A stretch of 64,000 nucleotides of DNA from Spirochaetaceae bacterium (lineage in GTDB: Bacteria; Spirochaetota; Spirochaetia; Treponematales; Treponemataceae): the NCBI GenBank assembly GCA_017453745.1, contig JAFTEH010000044.1, forward strand, positions 4,077-68,076, in the 5' to 3' direction. The notes beneath the pieces are model-generated. The model saw only the letters and a program-made list of their open reading frames with translations, had not been told where the DNA came from and did not search any database. The position numbers were made by a program, and so were the translations under genes. Shown here one piece after another: positions 28,805-39,149 of the stretch; the stretch's first letter is position 1; every line of letters starts with the position of its first letter.

Positions 28805-30100
28805 TTACGGCACCAAAAGAACTGCCCCAATTTTGAGGATAGATGATACAGACAATTTATTTTGCTCTGCAAGGTTTTCAACAGTTGTGTTATGCGCTAA
28901 AGCGATAGACCAAAGCGTATCACCCTGTTTAACCGTATATCGAGAAGTAAAGATGCCTATTTTTTCACGATTTCCCATATACATCCCAACTTCTTTTAAA
29001 GCAGGAATAATGAGTTTTTGACCTATTTTTAAAACATTCGGATTTATCCCATTGTTTGCTTGTATAATTGCTTGTACAGACACCCCATAATGTTTAGAAA
29101 GAGCATAGAGGGTATCGCCAGATTTTATTTCATACATATAGTACGATATAAGCACAGTCCCCTTTTCAAGCAAATTGAGTACTTGACTGGTATACTCGCT
29201 GGGAACTCGTAATTCGTATGTTTGATCAGGTGGCGTTATAGAATATTTTAAAGCGGGATTAAGAATACTAAGAGCGCCATCTGATAATGACAATTCCTTT
29301 TCAAGCAGATGTAAATCAATGGCTTTATGAACAGATACTGTTTCCGTTTGTATTACGCTTTTTGGATTTCCCCATTCAATGTTAAATTCTTGACTTTGAA
29401 TAAGGATTTCTGTTATTGCTAAAAATTTGGGAACATATTGTGCAGTTTCAGTTTTTAAATATCCATGAGCACTCAAATACCAAAAATCTGCCTTACCGGC
29501 ACTTGAAATAGAGCGCTTTATAGCATTTAACCCCGCATTATACGCAGCAAGCGCTAAGGCCCAATCTCCAAGAACAGAATAGTTATATGCTAGTTTTTTC
29601 ACAGCAGCAAGACTTGTCTTCCATGGGTCGCGCCTTTCATCAAGCCATTCAGAAATACTAATATCGTATCCAGAAATACTATTTTCCATAAATTGCCAAA
29701 TACCTGTCGCTCCAGACTTAGAAACGGCATATTCACTATAACCTGATTCTATAACGGGCAAAAAAAGGAGTTCTTTCGGTATTTGATAAGTGTCAAGCAA
29801 GTCTAAAATAAAATCCCGATACAAAAGAGAGCGTTGCATAACCTTTGAAAGATATTCTAAACCTTCAGGGCTCGTATATTGCGCTTTAAACTTCTGAATA
29901 CTGGGATGATTTGAAAAAATAAGTTTATGATTGGAAAAATTAAGTTGTTCAAAATATGCAAATTGTATTTTGTTTTCGTTTGGGCTCATGAGCATTTTTT
30001 TTATGCTGGCGTTTACAGGAACTGTAAATAAAAAAAAGCAAAAAAGTATACTTGCTCCTTTTATCGTATAATTGGCGCTCAAATAGGTAGTGCTAAGCAT
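28805..30100 (-). CDS. MltD-like lytic transglycosylase with two LysM domains
   Basis: Motifs LPVIESG, GIWQFM, AAYNAG, ETAQYVPK, KSGDTLY and KQGDTLW. Confidence 0.94.
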   Translation of the reverse strand: MLSTTYLSANYTIKGASILFCFFLFTVPVNASIKKMLMSPNENKIQFAYFEQLNFSNHKLIFSNHPSIQKFKAQYTSPEGLEYLSKVMQRSLLYRDFILDLLDTYQIPKELLFLPVIESGYSEYAVSKSGATGIWQFMENSISGYDISISEWLDERRDPWKTSLAAVKKLAYNYSVLGDWALALAAYNAGLNAIKRSISSAGKADFWYLSAHGYLKTETAQYVPKFLAITEILIQSQEFNIEWGNPKSVIQTETVSVHKAIDLHLLEKELSLSDGALSILNPALKYSITPPDQTYELRVPSEYTSQVLNLLEKGTVLISYYMYEIKSGDTLYALSKHYGVSVQAIIQANNGINPNVLKIGQKLIIPALKEVGMYMGNREKIGIFTSRYTVKQGDTLWSIALAHNTTVENLAEQNKLSVSSILKIGAVLLVP

Positions 30101-30103
30101 AGC

Positions 30104-31153
30104 TTACTTTTTTTCTCCGTAGTAAATTCCAGCCCATTCCCAAGTTCCGTGAATTTCTGGGTCGGCAGGAAAATTAACCTTTTTAAAATATAAGTACCAG
30201 ACATTGGTATATTGTGTCCAACCAGAAGTATAAAGATAGGCTTCGTTATTTGTTGAAAAACTGGCAAGATTTTCGCCAACCCGAATATAACCACCTGACA
30301 TAAGTGTCCGTAAATTAAAATTTGCTTGTGATGAAACATTAGACGCTTCTTGGTTCCATGCAATGGTTACAAAATTAACCTTACTCATACAACGCTCAAG
30401 CGTTTGAAAGTCCATTTCACGAACTGCGATACGCACGGTGCGGACTAACTCATCGAGACTTTCGTACACCCAACTTTTTGTCGAGTTAGAATAATCGACA
30501 AGCCGCTTTGCATAATTAAAGCTATCTGGTATGCCTTCAATTATTATATCATACTGCCCTAATTTTACAAACTCGTTATAGGCTTGAATTGCAAGTTTCC
30601 ATTCCCCTATCTTTTCGTATGCTTGCCCAAGTGAAAAATATGCCAATGCGGGATTTATTTTATCGTACAAGGTATTGAGCAAGAGTGTGTAATAGGAAAT
30701 AAGTTTTTCTTGGTTATCCGTAATTTTTACCAAATTTTGTAAACAAAGATAATGAAGTGATTGTTGCTTAATAAGCATATCGGGATAGGTATTTACTATA
30801 CGCTCCAAATAGTATTCCGCAATCTGTTTTTCACCTGCTTGTAGGTATTCGTTTGCAACCATCAAAAGCCAATACGCATTGTATGGATCCTGTTCATTCA
30901 GAGAAATTTGATGCGTCAAAAAATAAATAAGGGTCTTCGTTTTGTTTTTTGCCTTTAAGTTTTTTGCTATGGCATTTATCGCGGTGAATCTTGATTCAGG
31001 TGTTTCAATCGTTTCAAGCGCTTGAGCCCAATCTTTTTGCTCAAAAGATAATTCTTCCATATCATCAAAAACATACGAATACGGCGATTTAGTACACGAA
31101 ACACCGGCAAATACAATGATACCAACTAATGCAGATATACATACTTTTTTCAT
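30104..31153 (-). CDS. TPR-containing lipoprotein
   Basis: MKKVC...AGVSC lipobox and TPR helices. The start is moved to 31153. Confidence 0.82.
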   Translation of the reverse strand: MKKVCISALVGIIVFAGVSCTKSPYSYVFDDMEELSFEQKDWAQALETIETPESRFTAINAIAKNLKAKNKTKTLIYFLTHQISLNEQDPYNAYWLLMVANEYLQAGEKQIAEYYLERIVNTYPDMLIKQQSLHYLCLQNLVKITDNQEKLISYYTLLLNTLYDKINPALAYFSLGQAYEKIGEWKLAIQAYNEFVKLGQYDIIIEGIPDSFNYAKRLVDYSNSTKSWVYESLDELVRTVRIAVREMDFQTLERCMSKVNFVTIAWNQEASNVSSQANFNLRTLMSGGYIRVGENLASFSTNNEAYLYTSGWTQYTNVWYLYFKKVNFPADPEIHGTWEWAGIYYGEKK

Positions 31154-31356
31154 ACAAGGGGCAATTATAGCGATTTTTCTAGTATTTTTCAATGCTCCAC
31201 ATCCACAAAAACAGAGCCTAAAACACAAGAGCGCTTACACAGAGATATAGACGAGCGCTACTCTGGGGACGCTGTCCTTTTGAAACTATTAAAACAGGGC
31301 AGTATAAAAACAGGAAATAAACAAATCCTCAGCCATTGCAATCTCTCGTGTTAGGC

Positions 31357-31661
31357 GTCATCGCGAGTCTGCTTGGTTATCCCGTCATTGAGACCTTGAG
31401 TTTGTTTTAAGGGAAGCAAATTTTCGAGTTTATCACATGGCTGTGTAACAATCTACGATTTTCACAGAAATGAGGTGTTAGCTTGATGCCAAGTAGTTTT
31501 CTGTCATGTTGAGCCTATCAACTATGCTCAAACTGCAATGACCTTTTAACATCTGAAATTTCGTAGAAATTCCGAATCCGTGTGACACTCTTTTCAGCGC
31601 TATTACGAATCTGCTATCCTGATTGCTAGAGGCATCTGGTAGACTTAGCTCTCGCAATGAC
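31357..31661. repeat. Degenerate GTCAT-type REP/MITE-like element
   Basis: Ends GTCATCGCGAG and CTCGCAATGAC form a 10/11 inverted match; internal hairpin GTCAT-g-TTGAGC...GCTCAA...ATGAC. Confidence 0.55.
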
Positions 31662-31743
31662 AAATTATACAATGGGCGTTCCTATTTGCTTGTGAAAATC
31701 GCTCCCTGTGACAAGTACCACTACACTTGACTTTCCAAATAGC

Positions 31744-32043
31744 CTATATAGTAAGAGGATCTATCTGGCGTTTGTGGTCTACTATACGCAATGTATAGTA
31801 TGCTTCAATGCTTACATTTTCATCGTGCAATAGATGGAGCACCTGACTTGCATCCTCATAGGCTGTGCGTAAAACCATACCACAGCCAGCAGAAACTTCT
31901 GGAGGCAGTGGTATAAGTCTTATTCCTCGTTCTGGAAAGTGTTTATGAGCTACACGCTCCGCCTGTATCGCAAAATGAGTATTCGGAAATAAAAAAATTG
32001 CGTATACTTCAGTCAACGGTATTTCGTTAGATGGTGAGGACAT
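31744..32043 (-). CDS. DUF3343 family protein (selenium-cluster associated)
   Basis: Motifs F-x-N-T-H-F-A-I and LIPLPPEVSAGCGMVL; follows yedF. Confidence 0.8.
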   Translation of the reverse strand: MSSPSNEIPLTEVYAIFLFPNTHFAIQAERVAHKHFPERGIRLIPLPPEVSAGCGMVLRTAYEDASQVLHLLHDENVSIEAYYTLRIVDHKRQIDPLTI

Positions 32044-32629
32044 GGCTTGTTCTCATAATTTCTAAAATCCTATACATATTCGTAATGCTACCAACCCTCA
32101 GTTGATCCTTTACATTATAATAGTCTAAGCAAAGCCCACATGAAAGGATTTCACAACCAAACTGTTCTATTGCCTTTAAGTCTGCAATAGATTTTTCATT
32201 TTGAGTAACAACTTTTACGCCTGAATTATAAAAGATAACTTTAGAAGGGAGAACATCTTGCTCACTCAACGAGTAAATAAAATTTTCTAACAATTTTTTA
32301 CCCAGTTCTGTATCGCCCGTTCCCATAGTTTCAGAAGAAATGACAACAACATATTCTTCAGTATTGACTTGTGAAATAGGATTATCAAGTGGCTTGCAAG
32401 AATCGCACATACCTTTTACAAAAAAAGTCACTTCGTATTCTGAATTTGAAATCTTTTTAACTTCGCTCCGCAGTTTTAACTGTGTTGCAAGTTTTGTTAA
32501 GTTTTGTGTCGAAATTTCATTATCAACCTGAATCATAACATCATCTTTTCCATTATTTTCACGAAGTGCTTTTTTAATCATAATAATAGGAACAGGACAT
32601 ACCTTCCCTAATGCATTAACAACAACCAT
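32027..32629 (-). CDS. yedF: Selenium metabolism protein YedF (TusA/SirA plus DsrE-like domains)
   Basis: Motifs NALGKVCPVPII, LGKKLLENF, FYNSGV and SCGLCLDYY. Confidence 0.88.
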   Translation of the reverse strand: MVVVNALGKVCPVPIIMIKKALRENNGKDDVMIQVDNEISTQNLTKLATQLKLRSEVKKISNSEYEVTFFVKGMCDSCKPLDNPISQVNTEEYVVVISSETMGTGDTELGKKLLENFIYSLSEQDVLPSKVIFYNSGVKVVTQNEKSIADLKAIEQFGCEILSCGLCLDYYNVKDQLRVGSITNMYRILEIMRTSHVLTI

Positions 32630-32793
32630 AGTTACTCCATTTATTTTCCCACATATTACAATAGAAGCCATTACAATGAACTCTATTGTAATATTGCGTT
32701 CGGTGATGCCCTACACTATACTCATTTTTCTTTTTTTTACTAGTAACAATGACAAACACACAAACACAATTCTCTGTTTTTTATTCTATTGAG

Positions 32794-33825
32794 CTAGTCT
32801 GCAATAATCGTATACTTTGAGCGAGAGGTAATTGTTCCTATTTCCCATACGGGCACCTTTTTTTCTTTAAAAAGAGCATGCACTGTATTTGCGACACTTT
32901 GCGAAACAGAAAAAAGCAAACCACCAGATGTTTGCGGGTCAAAAAGGATTTCTTCAATTCCGTAATCATCAAATGCAAAGTGCACGGTATCTCGTAAAAA
33001 ATTTCGGTTTTGTTGTGCCCCACCAGTAATCAAAAACTCGCGTGCTGCCGTATAGCTTGATTTAATATAGGGGATTGCATCGACATGAATATGAGCAGTT
33101 TTTGAATCACCAAGCATTTCGGAAAGATGTCCCAAAAGTCCGAATCCTGTTACATCAGTACAGGCATGTACTTCATTGTCAAGTTCTTGAGTATGCAAAA
33201 CTTCAGCTGCATATTTGTTTAAAGTTGTCATTGAAGTAACAGCTTCGCTAAAACTTATTTCATCCATTTCACCAACATTATAGGCACTGACTACAAGCCC
33301 TACTCCCAGTTTTTTTGTTAAAAAGAGGGTATCCCCAATTTGTGTATTGCAGTTTTGCCAAATCTTTTTTGGATGTACGCGTCCGAGTACTGACAAGCCA
33401 TATTTAGGATTAGAGTCAGTTATAGTGTGTCCACCAACGAGGACAGCACCTGCTTCTCTTACTTTTTCTGTACCACCGATAAGAATTTTTTTCAATAGTT
33501 CAAAGTTTCCATTCTCAGGGAAAGTAACAATATTAAGAGCGCATACCGGTTCGCCTCCCATAGCATATACATCGCTTAACGCATTTGTTGCAGCAATTCT
33601 ACCAAAGAGTAAGGGGTCTGAAACCATACTTGGAAAAAAATCCAAAGTTTGAATCAATGCCAAATCCTCAGTCATTTGAATTACTGCTGCATCATCGGAG
33701 GTGTCATAACCTACAATTAGATTTTTGTGAAAGGTTTTTGGAATATCTTTTAAGATATTTTGAAGGACACCCGGTCCTAGTTTAGCGTTTCAGCCACCAC
33801 ATACAAATAATGATTCGTCTGTCAT
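32794..33825 (-). CDS. selD: Selenide, water dikinase, selenocysteine-containing (UGA at codon 12)
   Basis: ATG 33825 reads MTDESLFVCGG-TGA-NAKLGPG...DDAAVIQ, in frame with ORF 32794..33675 (TLDFF, NALSDVYAMGG, TDVTGFGLLGH, DPQTSGGLL). AGAAGGTG RBS upstream. Confidence 0.93.
33764..33792 (-). promoter_or_regulatory. Bacterial SECIS-like hairpin
   Basis: UGA, then 11 nt, then AGGAC-CGGGU-GUCCU. Confidence 0.75.
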
Positions 33826-33999
33826 ACTTACACCTTCTATAAAAATAATCATTTTAACTTACAGGGAAGACACATCAACCTTTCACAAAACATACATGAG
33901 ATAATCTATAAAAATCGCTAATAAATAGACGCATTTTCTTGAGATAGTCAAACATGTATATTATCTTTAACTTCCTATCAATAAGTTAAAATCCATAAC

Positions 34000-34749
34000 C
34001 TAACATATACCCTTAGTATAAAACAAGAGTAGTATAAACAAATTAACTATTTCTAATATTTCTACGATAGCACCATTTACATCACCAGTTGTACCACCTA
34101 ATTTTTTTTTGCTATATTTTAACATAAAAAAAACAATACTAAGATTTAAAACTGGAAGTATAAAAATTAAAACATGATATTGCAAAAAAAACACACCGGA
34201 TAAACATAAGAATAAAATAAAACAAAAATAAACAAATGGGGTATATTTTGAAATAGAACGATAGAAAAAAGCGCCTAACCCATTTTGCTTTACAGGCATG
34301 CCATATACTACGGCAAAAAGTACAAAACAACGACTTAAAAAAGGCGGTAGTATTAAAAGAGAGGGAGCAAAGGAAAGTGCCGAATACAAAACCACACGCA
34401 AAACTATATCTAAGATAAGTGCAATAACACCAAATGTCCCAATATGTGGGTCTTTTAATATTTCCAAAGTTTTGTCAGTATTTGCAGAAGCAAAAAAAGC
34501 ATCAGCACAATCTGCAAGACCATCCAAGTGTAAACTTTGCCCTAATACTATAACCGCAAGAATTGCTAAAACTGCTGCAATAAACTCATGAGAAAAAAAA
34601 TACATACAAAAAGCAGTAATACCACCAAATAAAAATCCAATCCACGGTAAAGCATAAAAAGCATGCCGCATATTTTTTTCAGAAAATTCAACTGAAATAG
34701 GAAGAGGCACACGCGTAAAAAACTGCAAAGCTAAAATCAAACCAGCCAT
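34000..34749 (-). CDS. cobS: Adenosylcobinamide-GDP ribazoletransferase
   Basis: Motifs LQFFTRVP, LHLDGLADCADA, KDPHIGTFG and GGTTGDVNG. Confidence 0.95.
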   Translation of the reverse strand: MAGLILALQFFTRVPLPISVEFSEKNMRHAFYALPWIGFLFGGITAFCMYFFSHEFIAAVLAILAVIVLGQSLHLDGLADCADAFFASANTDKTLEILKDPHIGTFGVIALILDIVLRVVLYSALSFAPSLLILPPFLSRCFVLFAVVYGMPVKQNGLGAFFYRSISKYTPFVYFCFILFLCLSGVFFLQYHVLIFILPVLNLSIVFFMLKYSKKKLGGTTGDVNGAIVEILEIVNLFILLLFYTKGIC

Positions 34750-34926
34750 AATAAAATATAAAACTAAAGTGTTCTCACCACCGTACACATAGTCTACGCA
34801 AATACGCTTTTTCGTCAATACTTGTTATCTATATGGTAATCGTAAAAAAAAATAGTTTTGCGTTTTGTAGATTTACTATAAGAGTAACTTATAGATTAAA
34901 AATCATATCTTGAATAAACTTATCAT

Positions 34927-35868
34927 GTGAAAGATTTTATAAACTTTGAAATTCAAGAAAATGATGCAAAACGGCTTGATAAGGTTGTGCGGAAACTCCT
35001 TTTACATCTGCCACTTTCAAAGATTTATGCAATGATTCGTTCTGGTGAAATTCGGGTTAATGGAAAACCAAAAAAGCAAAATTATATATTACAATCAGGC
35101 GATGTCTTACAGATACGCAAAAGCGTATATGGTGAACAACAAAGAACTGTTCACTCTGATGCACAAACGAAAGTAGTTTTATCAACAAAACACAAAAAAA
35201 CTATAGCAAAAGATTCACTACTATATAAAGACAAAGATTTTTTAGTGCTTGCAAAAAAACATGGTGAACTTGTACACGGAAAAAATAGTTTAGATGAAAT
35301 AGTAAAAGGAAATAGTCAAGTGCATAGTTTCAGTTTTAAATGTGGAGCCTTGCATCGCTTGGACAGAGGAACAACAGGAATTTTAGTTTTTTCGCAAAGC
35401 CTGATTGGTGCACAAACTTTTTCACAGGCTCTGCAATCAGGAAAGATAATTAGAAAATATTTTGCTCTTATAACTGGACATTTTCACGAAAAAAAAAAGA
35501 TTGATATATCCATCGGTGGAAAATCTGCTATTACCATTATAAAACCACTAACAGTATTTAAAAAAGTAAATACATCATTTGTCGAAATAGAAATTATAAC
35601 TGGTAGAAAACATCAAATACGCATTCACTGTGCTAACATTGGATTTCCGCTGCTTGGCGATATTCAGTTTGCTGATTGTAGTGATACGCAAGCAAAAAAA
35701 AACTATGAGCAAAAAGACAATTATTTTTTGCATTTTTATAAAATGGAAACAAAAGAAAAAATATTAGAACTCCCCTCCACTCTTATATGCCCACTCCCAA
35801 TAAGATTTCAAAAAAAACTAATACAATTACGAGAACTTGAAAAAAATGAAAACAATAATACAATGTAA
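34927..35868 (+). CDS. RluA family pseudouridine synthase with an S4 domain
   Basis: Motifs RLDK, HRLDRGTTG and TGRKHQIRIH. Confidence 0.94.
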   Translation: MKDFINFEIQENDAKRLDKVVRKLLLHLPLSKIYAMIRSGEIRVNGKPKKQNYILQSGDVLQIRKSVYGEQQRTVHSDAQTKVVLSTKHKKTIAKDSLLYKDKDFLVLAKKHGELVHGKNSLDEIVKGNSQVHSFSFKCGALHRLDRGTTGILVFSQSLIGAQTFSQALQSGKIIRKYFALITGHFHEKKKIDISIGGKSAITIIKPLTVFKKVNTSFVEIEIITGRKHQIRIHCANIGFPLLGDIQFADCSDTQAKKNYEQKDNYFLHFYKMETKEKILELPSTLICPLPIRFQKKLIQLRELEKNENNNTM

Positions 35869-35882
35869 AAAAGGAGTTTGAT

Positions 35883-36398
35883 ATGAAACAGGGATATGTG
35901 CAAGTATATACAGGAGATGGAAAAGGAAAAACAACGGCTTCTTTTGGTCTTGCTTTGCGTGCAGTTGGGGCAGGATTAAAAGTGTATATTGGGCAATTTA
36001 TGAAAGGCATGGATTATAGTGAATTAAAAAGTGCGAGTCTTCTTCCTAACTTAGTCGTTGAGCAATATGGCACACCTCAATTTATTCATAGTGAACCAAC
36101 GCAAAGAGATATTGAAAAAGCTAATGAAGGCCTTACCAAAATAGAACATATAATACAGTCATGCGAATACGACATTGTTATTATGGAAGAAATAAATGTT
36201 GCTTTAATGTATGGACTTTTTTCAACTGAGCGAGTATTAGATATTATAAAAAATAAACCACAGTCAGTTGAACTTGTTCTTACTGGGCGTTATGCAAAAA
36301 AAGAAATTATAGAAACAGCAGACCTTGTGACAGAAATGCGTTTAATAAAACATTATTTTAATGATGGGGTAAACGCACGAAAAGGTATCGAAATGTAA
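35883..36398 (+). CDS. cobO: Cob(I)yrinic acid a,c-diamide adenosyltransferase
   Basis: Motifs YTGDGKGKTT, QFMKG, LTGR and ADLVTEM. Confidence 0.94.
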   Translation: MKQGYVQVYTGDGKGKTTASFGLALRAVGAGLKVYIGQFMKGMDYSELKSASLLPNLVVEQYGTPQFIHSEPTQRDIEKANEGLTKIEHIIQSCEYDIVIMEEINVALMYGLFSTERVLDIIKNKPQSVELVLTGRYAKKEIIETADLVTEMRLIKHYFNDGVNARKGIEM

Positions 36399-36456
36399 TT
36401 GCCTATTTTTGTATGCAATAATAAAAAAATATACTATTTGCTTTTATTAAAACTTT

Positions 36457-37452
36457 TTATTCAAGATATGGTAGGTATTCACCATAACCGCATTCTTCCA
36501 TTTTTTCAATAGGAATAAACTCTAAACTTGCTCCATTTATGCAATATCGCAAGCCACCGAGTTCTTTTACTCCATCATTGAAGACATGCCCCAAGTGTGT
36601 ATTCCCGAATTTTGAAACAACTTCGATTCGTTCTAAACAGTGACTCGTATCAGGATTGTACTCTAAAGCATCGGTGGTAATAGGTTTACTGAAACTAGGC
36701 CATCCACATGATGATATAAATTTATCCTGAGAAGAAAAGAGCGGTTTTTTTGTGACACAATCAACATAGATACCTTTTTTATTTTGTAAATGGTATTCAC
36801 TAGAAAAGGGAGGCTCTGTTCCGCTTTCTTGGGTAACTTTATATTGGAGGTCAGTCAGACTTGCTCGAAGTTCTTCTGTGCGAGGAATTGAAAATAAACT
36901 TTCATCATGTAATGAAGTAGTTGCTAATAAAGGAGATAAGTGACAATAGCCAGTAGGATTTTTTTTCAAATAATCTTGATGATACTCTTCCGCTTGAATA
37001 AAATGTACAAGTGGCATTACTTCAACTTGAATAGGCAATGTATATTTTTTTTGCATCACTGTAATAACACTATTAATTATTTTTACCTGCTTGTCCTCAA
37101 GATAATAAATACCGGTACGATATTGTCGCCCCATATCACCACCTTGTTTATTTAAAGATGTTGGATCAATAATCTTAAAAAAATGAAAGAGTATTTCTTG
37201 CAATGAAACTACATTTACATCAAATATTAGTTTCACCGTTTCTGCATGATCAGTAACTGAAAGGGTAGTATAATCTGTTATCTCTGTATTGCCATTTGCA
37301 TATCCTACTTCAGTATCAAGAATACCAAGCACTTGTTGAAAATAAAGTTCAACACCCCAAAAACAACCACCAGCTACATAGATAGTCTGTACATTTTGAT
37401 TTTTATCATTGAATAATTGACTCATTATATTTTTTGAATTATCGTTATACAT
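36457..37452 (-). CDS. msrAB: Bifunctional methionine sulfoxide reductase MsrA/MsrB (Cys form)
   Basis: Motifs GGCFWG, QYRTGIY, AEEYHQDYL, CGWPSF, HLGHVF and RYCIN. Confidence 0.96.
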   Translation of the reverse strand: MYNDNSKNIMSQLFNDKNQNVQTIYVAGGCFWGVELYFQQVLGILDTEVGYANGNTEITDYTTLSVTDHAETVKLIFDVNVVSLQEILFHFFKIIDPTSLNKQGGDMGRQYRTGIYYLEDKQVKIINSVITVMQKKYTLPIQVEVMPLVHFIQAEEYHQDYLKKNPTGYCHLSPLLATTSLHDESLFSIPRTEELRASLTDLQYKVTQESGTEPPFSSEYHLQNKKGIYVDCVTKKPLFSSQDKFISSCGWPSFSKPITTDALEYNPDTSHCLERIEVVSKFGNTHLGHVFNDGVKELGGLRYCINGASLEFIPIEKMEECGYGEYLPYLE

Positions 37453-37454
37453 AT

Positions 37455-38789
37455 TTATACTCCTATAATTTTTGCTCCTGTTTTTTTATCTATTATTTTT
37501 GATGTTAGTTTATCTTCGCTCATTGCATACATATCTCCAAATCGCATTTTCTGTATTGTTTTTTTATCAGATGTTAAAAGTAAAAATCCTGATTTTCCAC
37601 AAGCATATTTTCCTACAGTTTTATCCTTTAGTTCAATAGTATCAGAAATAATACGAACATAATTTTTAGTTTTGATATGTAAATGCGATTTTTTTTGAAA
37701 GCAAAAATATGAAAGGGTAACATTTTCTTTTGGTAAATTAAGTTCGTGAGACATTTGTTTTAAATCATTACCAGCATCAAATGTAGGAAATACAAAATGA
37801 CACCACTTTTTTTTCGCATAAGAAAAGTTAGTGTGCTTTTGTTCTCTGTACGCATACATATCAGTATGTGGAACATGTAATGGACAATGAGTACAATGTG
37901 TGCATGGGCTATGTATTGTTACACCAGCTTCAACGAAATGAAAACGCAAAGTACTTATGATACTCGCACCATGTGGAGTACCAGGTTCAACAATCAACGC
38001 ATGTGCAGAATCTTTTAAGTAGGATAAAATAGTTTTACTTACATTTTTTGTTTCCTTAAAAAAAGAAGCACTAGTATCCGACAAAAACTCATTAAACATA
38101 TTGCTCGAAAAATAAAAATCAAATGGTACAGTAGGTTTACCAAAATGTCCTTTTATCTTTTTTATCTGCCACTGTGAAGTTTGAATATTAAAAACAGTTC
38201 CTAATTCACGAAAAATTTTTTCACCAAGTGCTAATGCTTTTTGAGAAATATCAAAGCAGGAAAAAAAAATACTATGCGAGCGTAATTCAGGTTTTGCAAT
38301 CCATAATGCAATTAGTCCTGTAAGAGGACCCGCACCAAAATCTGCAAATTGAAAATCAGAATTTGTATCACGAGCATTTTGTAAAAAAAAATCTGTCGGT
38401 AGTAAAGAAAAAAGTTTTACTAATTTAAAACAATTCCATGTAAGATAATAGTATGCATAAGCAGTTAAAAAAGAATCATAATTTAAATAATTAACTTGCC
38501 TATCTACACGATTTATTGTTAAGCGCTCAAAAAGCACTTGTACATTTTTTTTTAGTTGCTGTATATGCTTGTGCGAAATTTTTGACACATTTAAAACAAT
38601 CTTCGGCAAGGAAGAAATCATTGCTATTTGTTCAGAGGAAAGATGTTTATCAAACCGAGATACAAGTGTAATTCTATCTTTTTTTTTGTTTTCCAGTTTA
38701 TCTTCTAAATGAGGATATTGCTTTTTTTTAACTGGTGCATATTCATCTGTATTATGTTTTTTCATTTTTTTCATCCGAAATATTTTCAA
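37455..38789 (-). CDS. Rsm22-family methyltransferase-like protein
   Basis: Motifs YAYYY, DFGAGP, LIVEPGT and PCTHCTHCP...WCHF. The exact start is uncertain. Confidence 0.8.
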   Translation of the reverse strand: MKIFRMKKMKKHNTDEYAPVKKKQYPHLEDKLENKKKDRITLVSRFDKHLSSEQIAMISSLPKIVLNVSKISHKHIQQLKKNVQVLFERLTINRVDRQVNYLNYDSFLTAYAYYYLTWNCFKLVKLFSLLPTDFFLQNARDTNSDFQFADFGAGPLTGLIALWIAKPELRSHSIFFSCFDISQKALALGEKIFRELGTVFNIQTSQWQIKKIKGHFGKPTVPFDFYFSSNMFNEFLSDTSASFFKETKNVSKTILSYLKDSAHALIVEPGTPHGASIISTLRFHFVEAGVTIHSPCTHCTHCPLHVPHTDMYAYREQKHTNFSYAKKKWCHFVFPTFDAGNDLKQMSHELNLPKENVTLSYFCFQKKSHLHIKTKNYVRIISDTIELKDKTVGKYACGKSGFLLLTSDKKTIQKMRFGDMYAMSEDKLTSKIIDKKTGAKIIGV

Positions 38790-39132
38790 ACTTGTCAGAA
38801 TATTTAGTAATTAAGGCATACATTTGTAATAATTCATTTCGCATTTTTGAAATAGTCATAGTAGCATTTGTTGTAGTTTCAGTTTGTATTTCCCGAACTA
38901 ATTCCGCTCCAGCACCATCAACAGTAAATCGTCGCTGGTTAATTAAAAACTTTAACCGAAAAACAAAATCAAGATCACGCTGTGTATATACTCGTTGTCC
39001 ATATTCATCCCGATCTGGATTTAAAACAGGAATATTTTCTTCCCAATACCGCAGGATATGTTGCTTGATACCAGTCAACTTTTCTACTTCGCCAATCGAA
39101 AAACGAGCAGCCGTATGTTCCATTTTTTTCAT
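38752..39132 (-). CDS. MerR family transcriptional regulator
   Basis: HTH motif FSIGEV...HILRYWE...GQRVY. Confidence 0.92.
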   Translation of the reverse strand: MKKMEHTAARFSIGEVEKLTGIKQHILRYWEENIPVLNPDRDEYGQRVYTQRDLDFVFRLKFLINQRRFTVDGAGAELVREIQTETTTNATMTISKMRNELLQMYALITKYSDKFENISDEKNEKT

Positions 39133-39149
39133 ATAAGCACCGTATTTGT

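Noticed and set aside
31290-34000. tRNA-Sec (selC) or selA/selB near selD
   Set aside because: No cloverleaf with a UCA anticodon and no such ORFs were seen in the window.
36457-37452. Selenocysteine in MsrA/MsrB
   Set aside because: The catalytic positions are Cys codons and the frame is uninterrupted.
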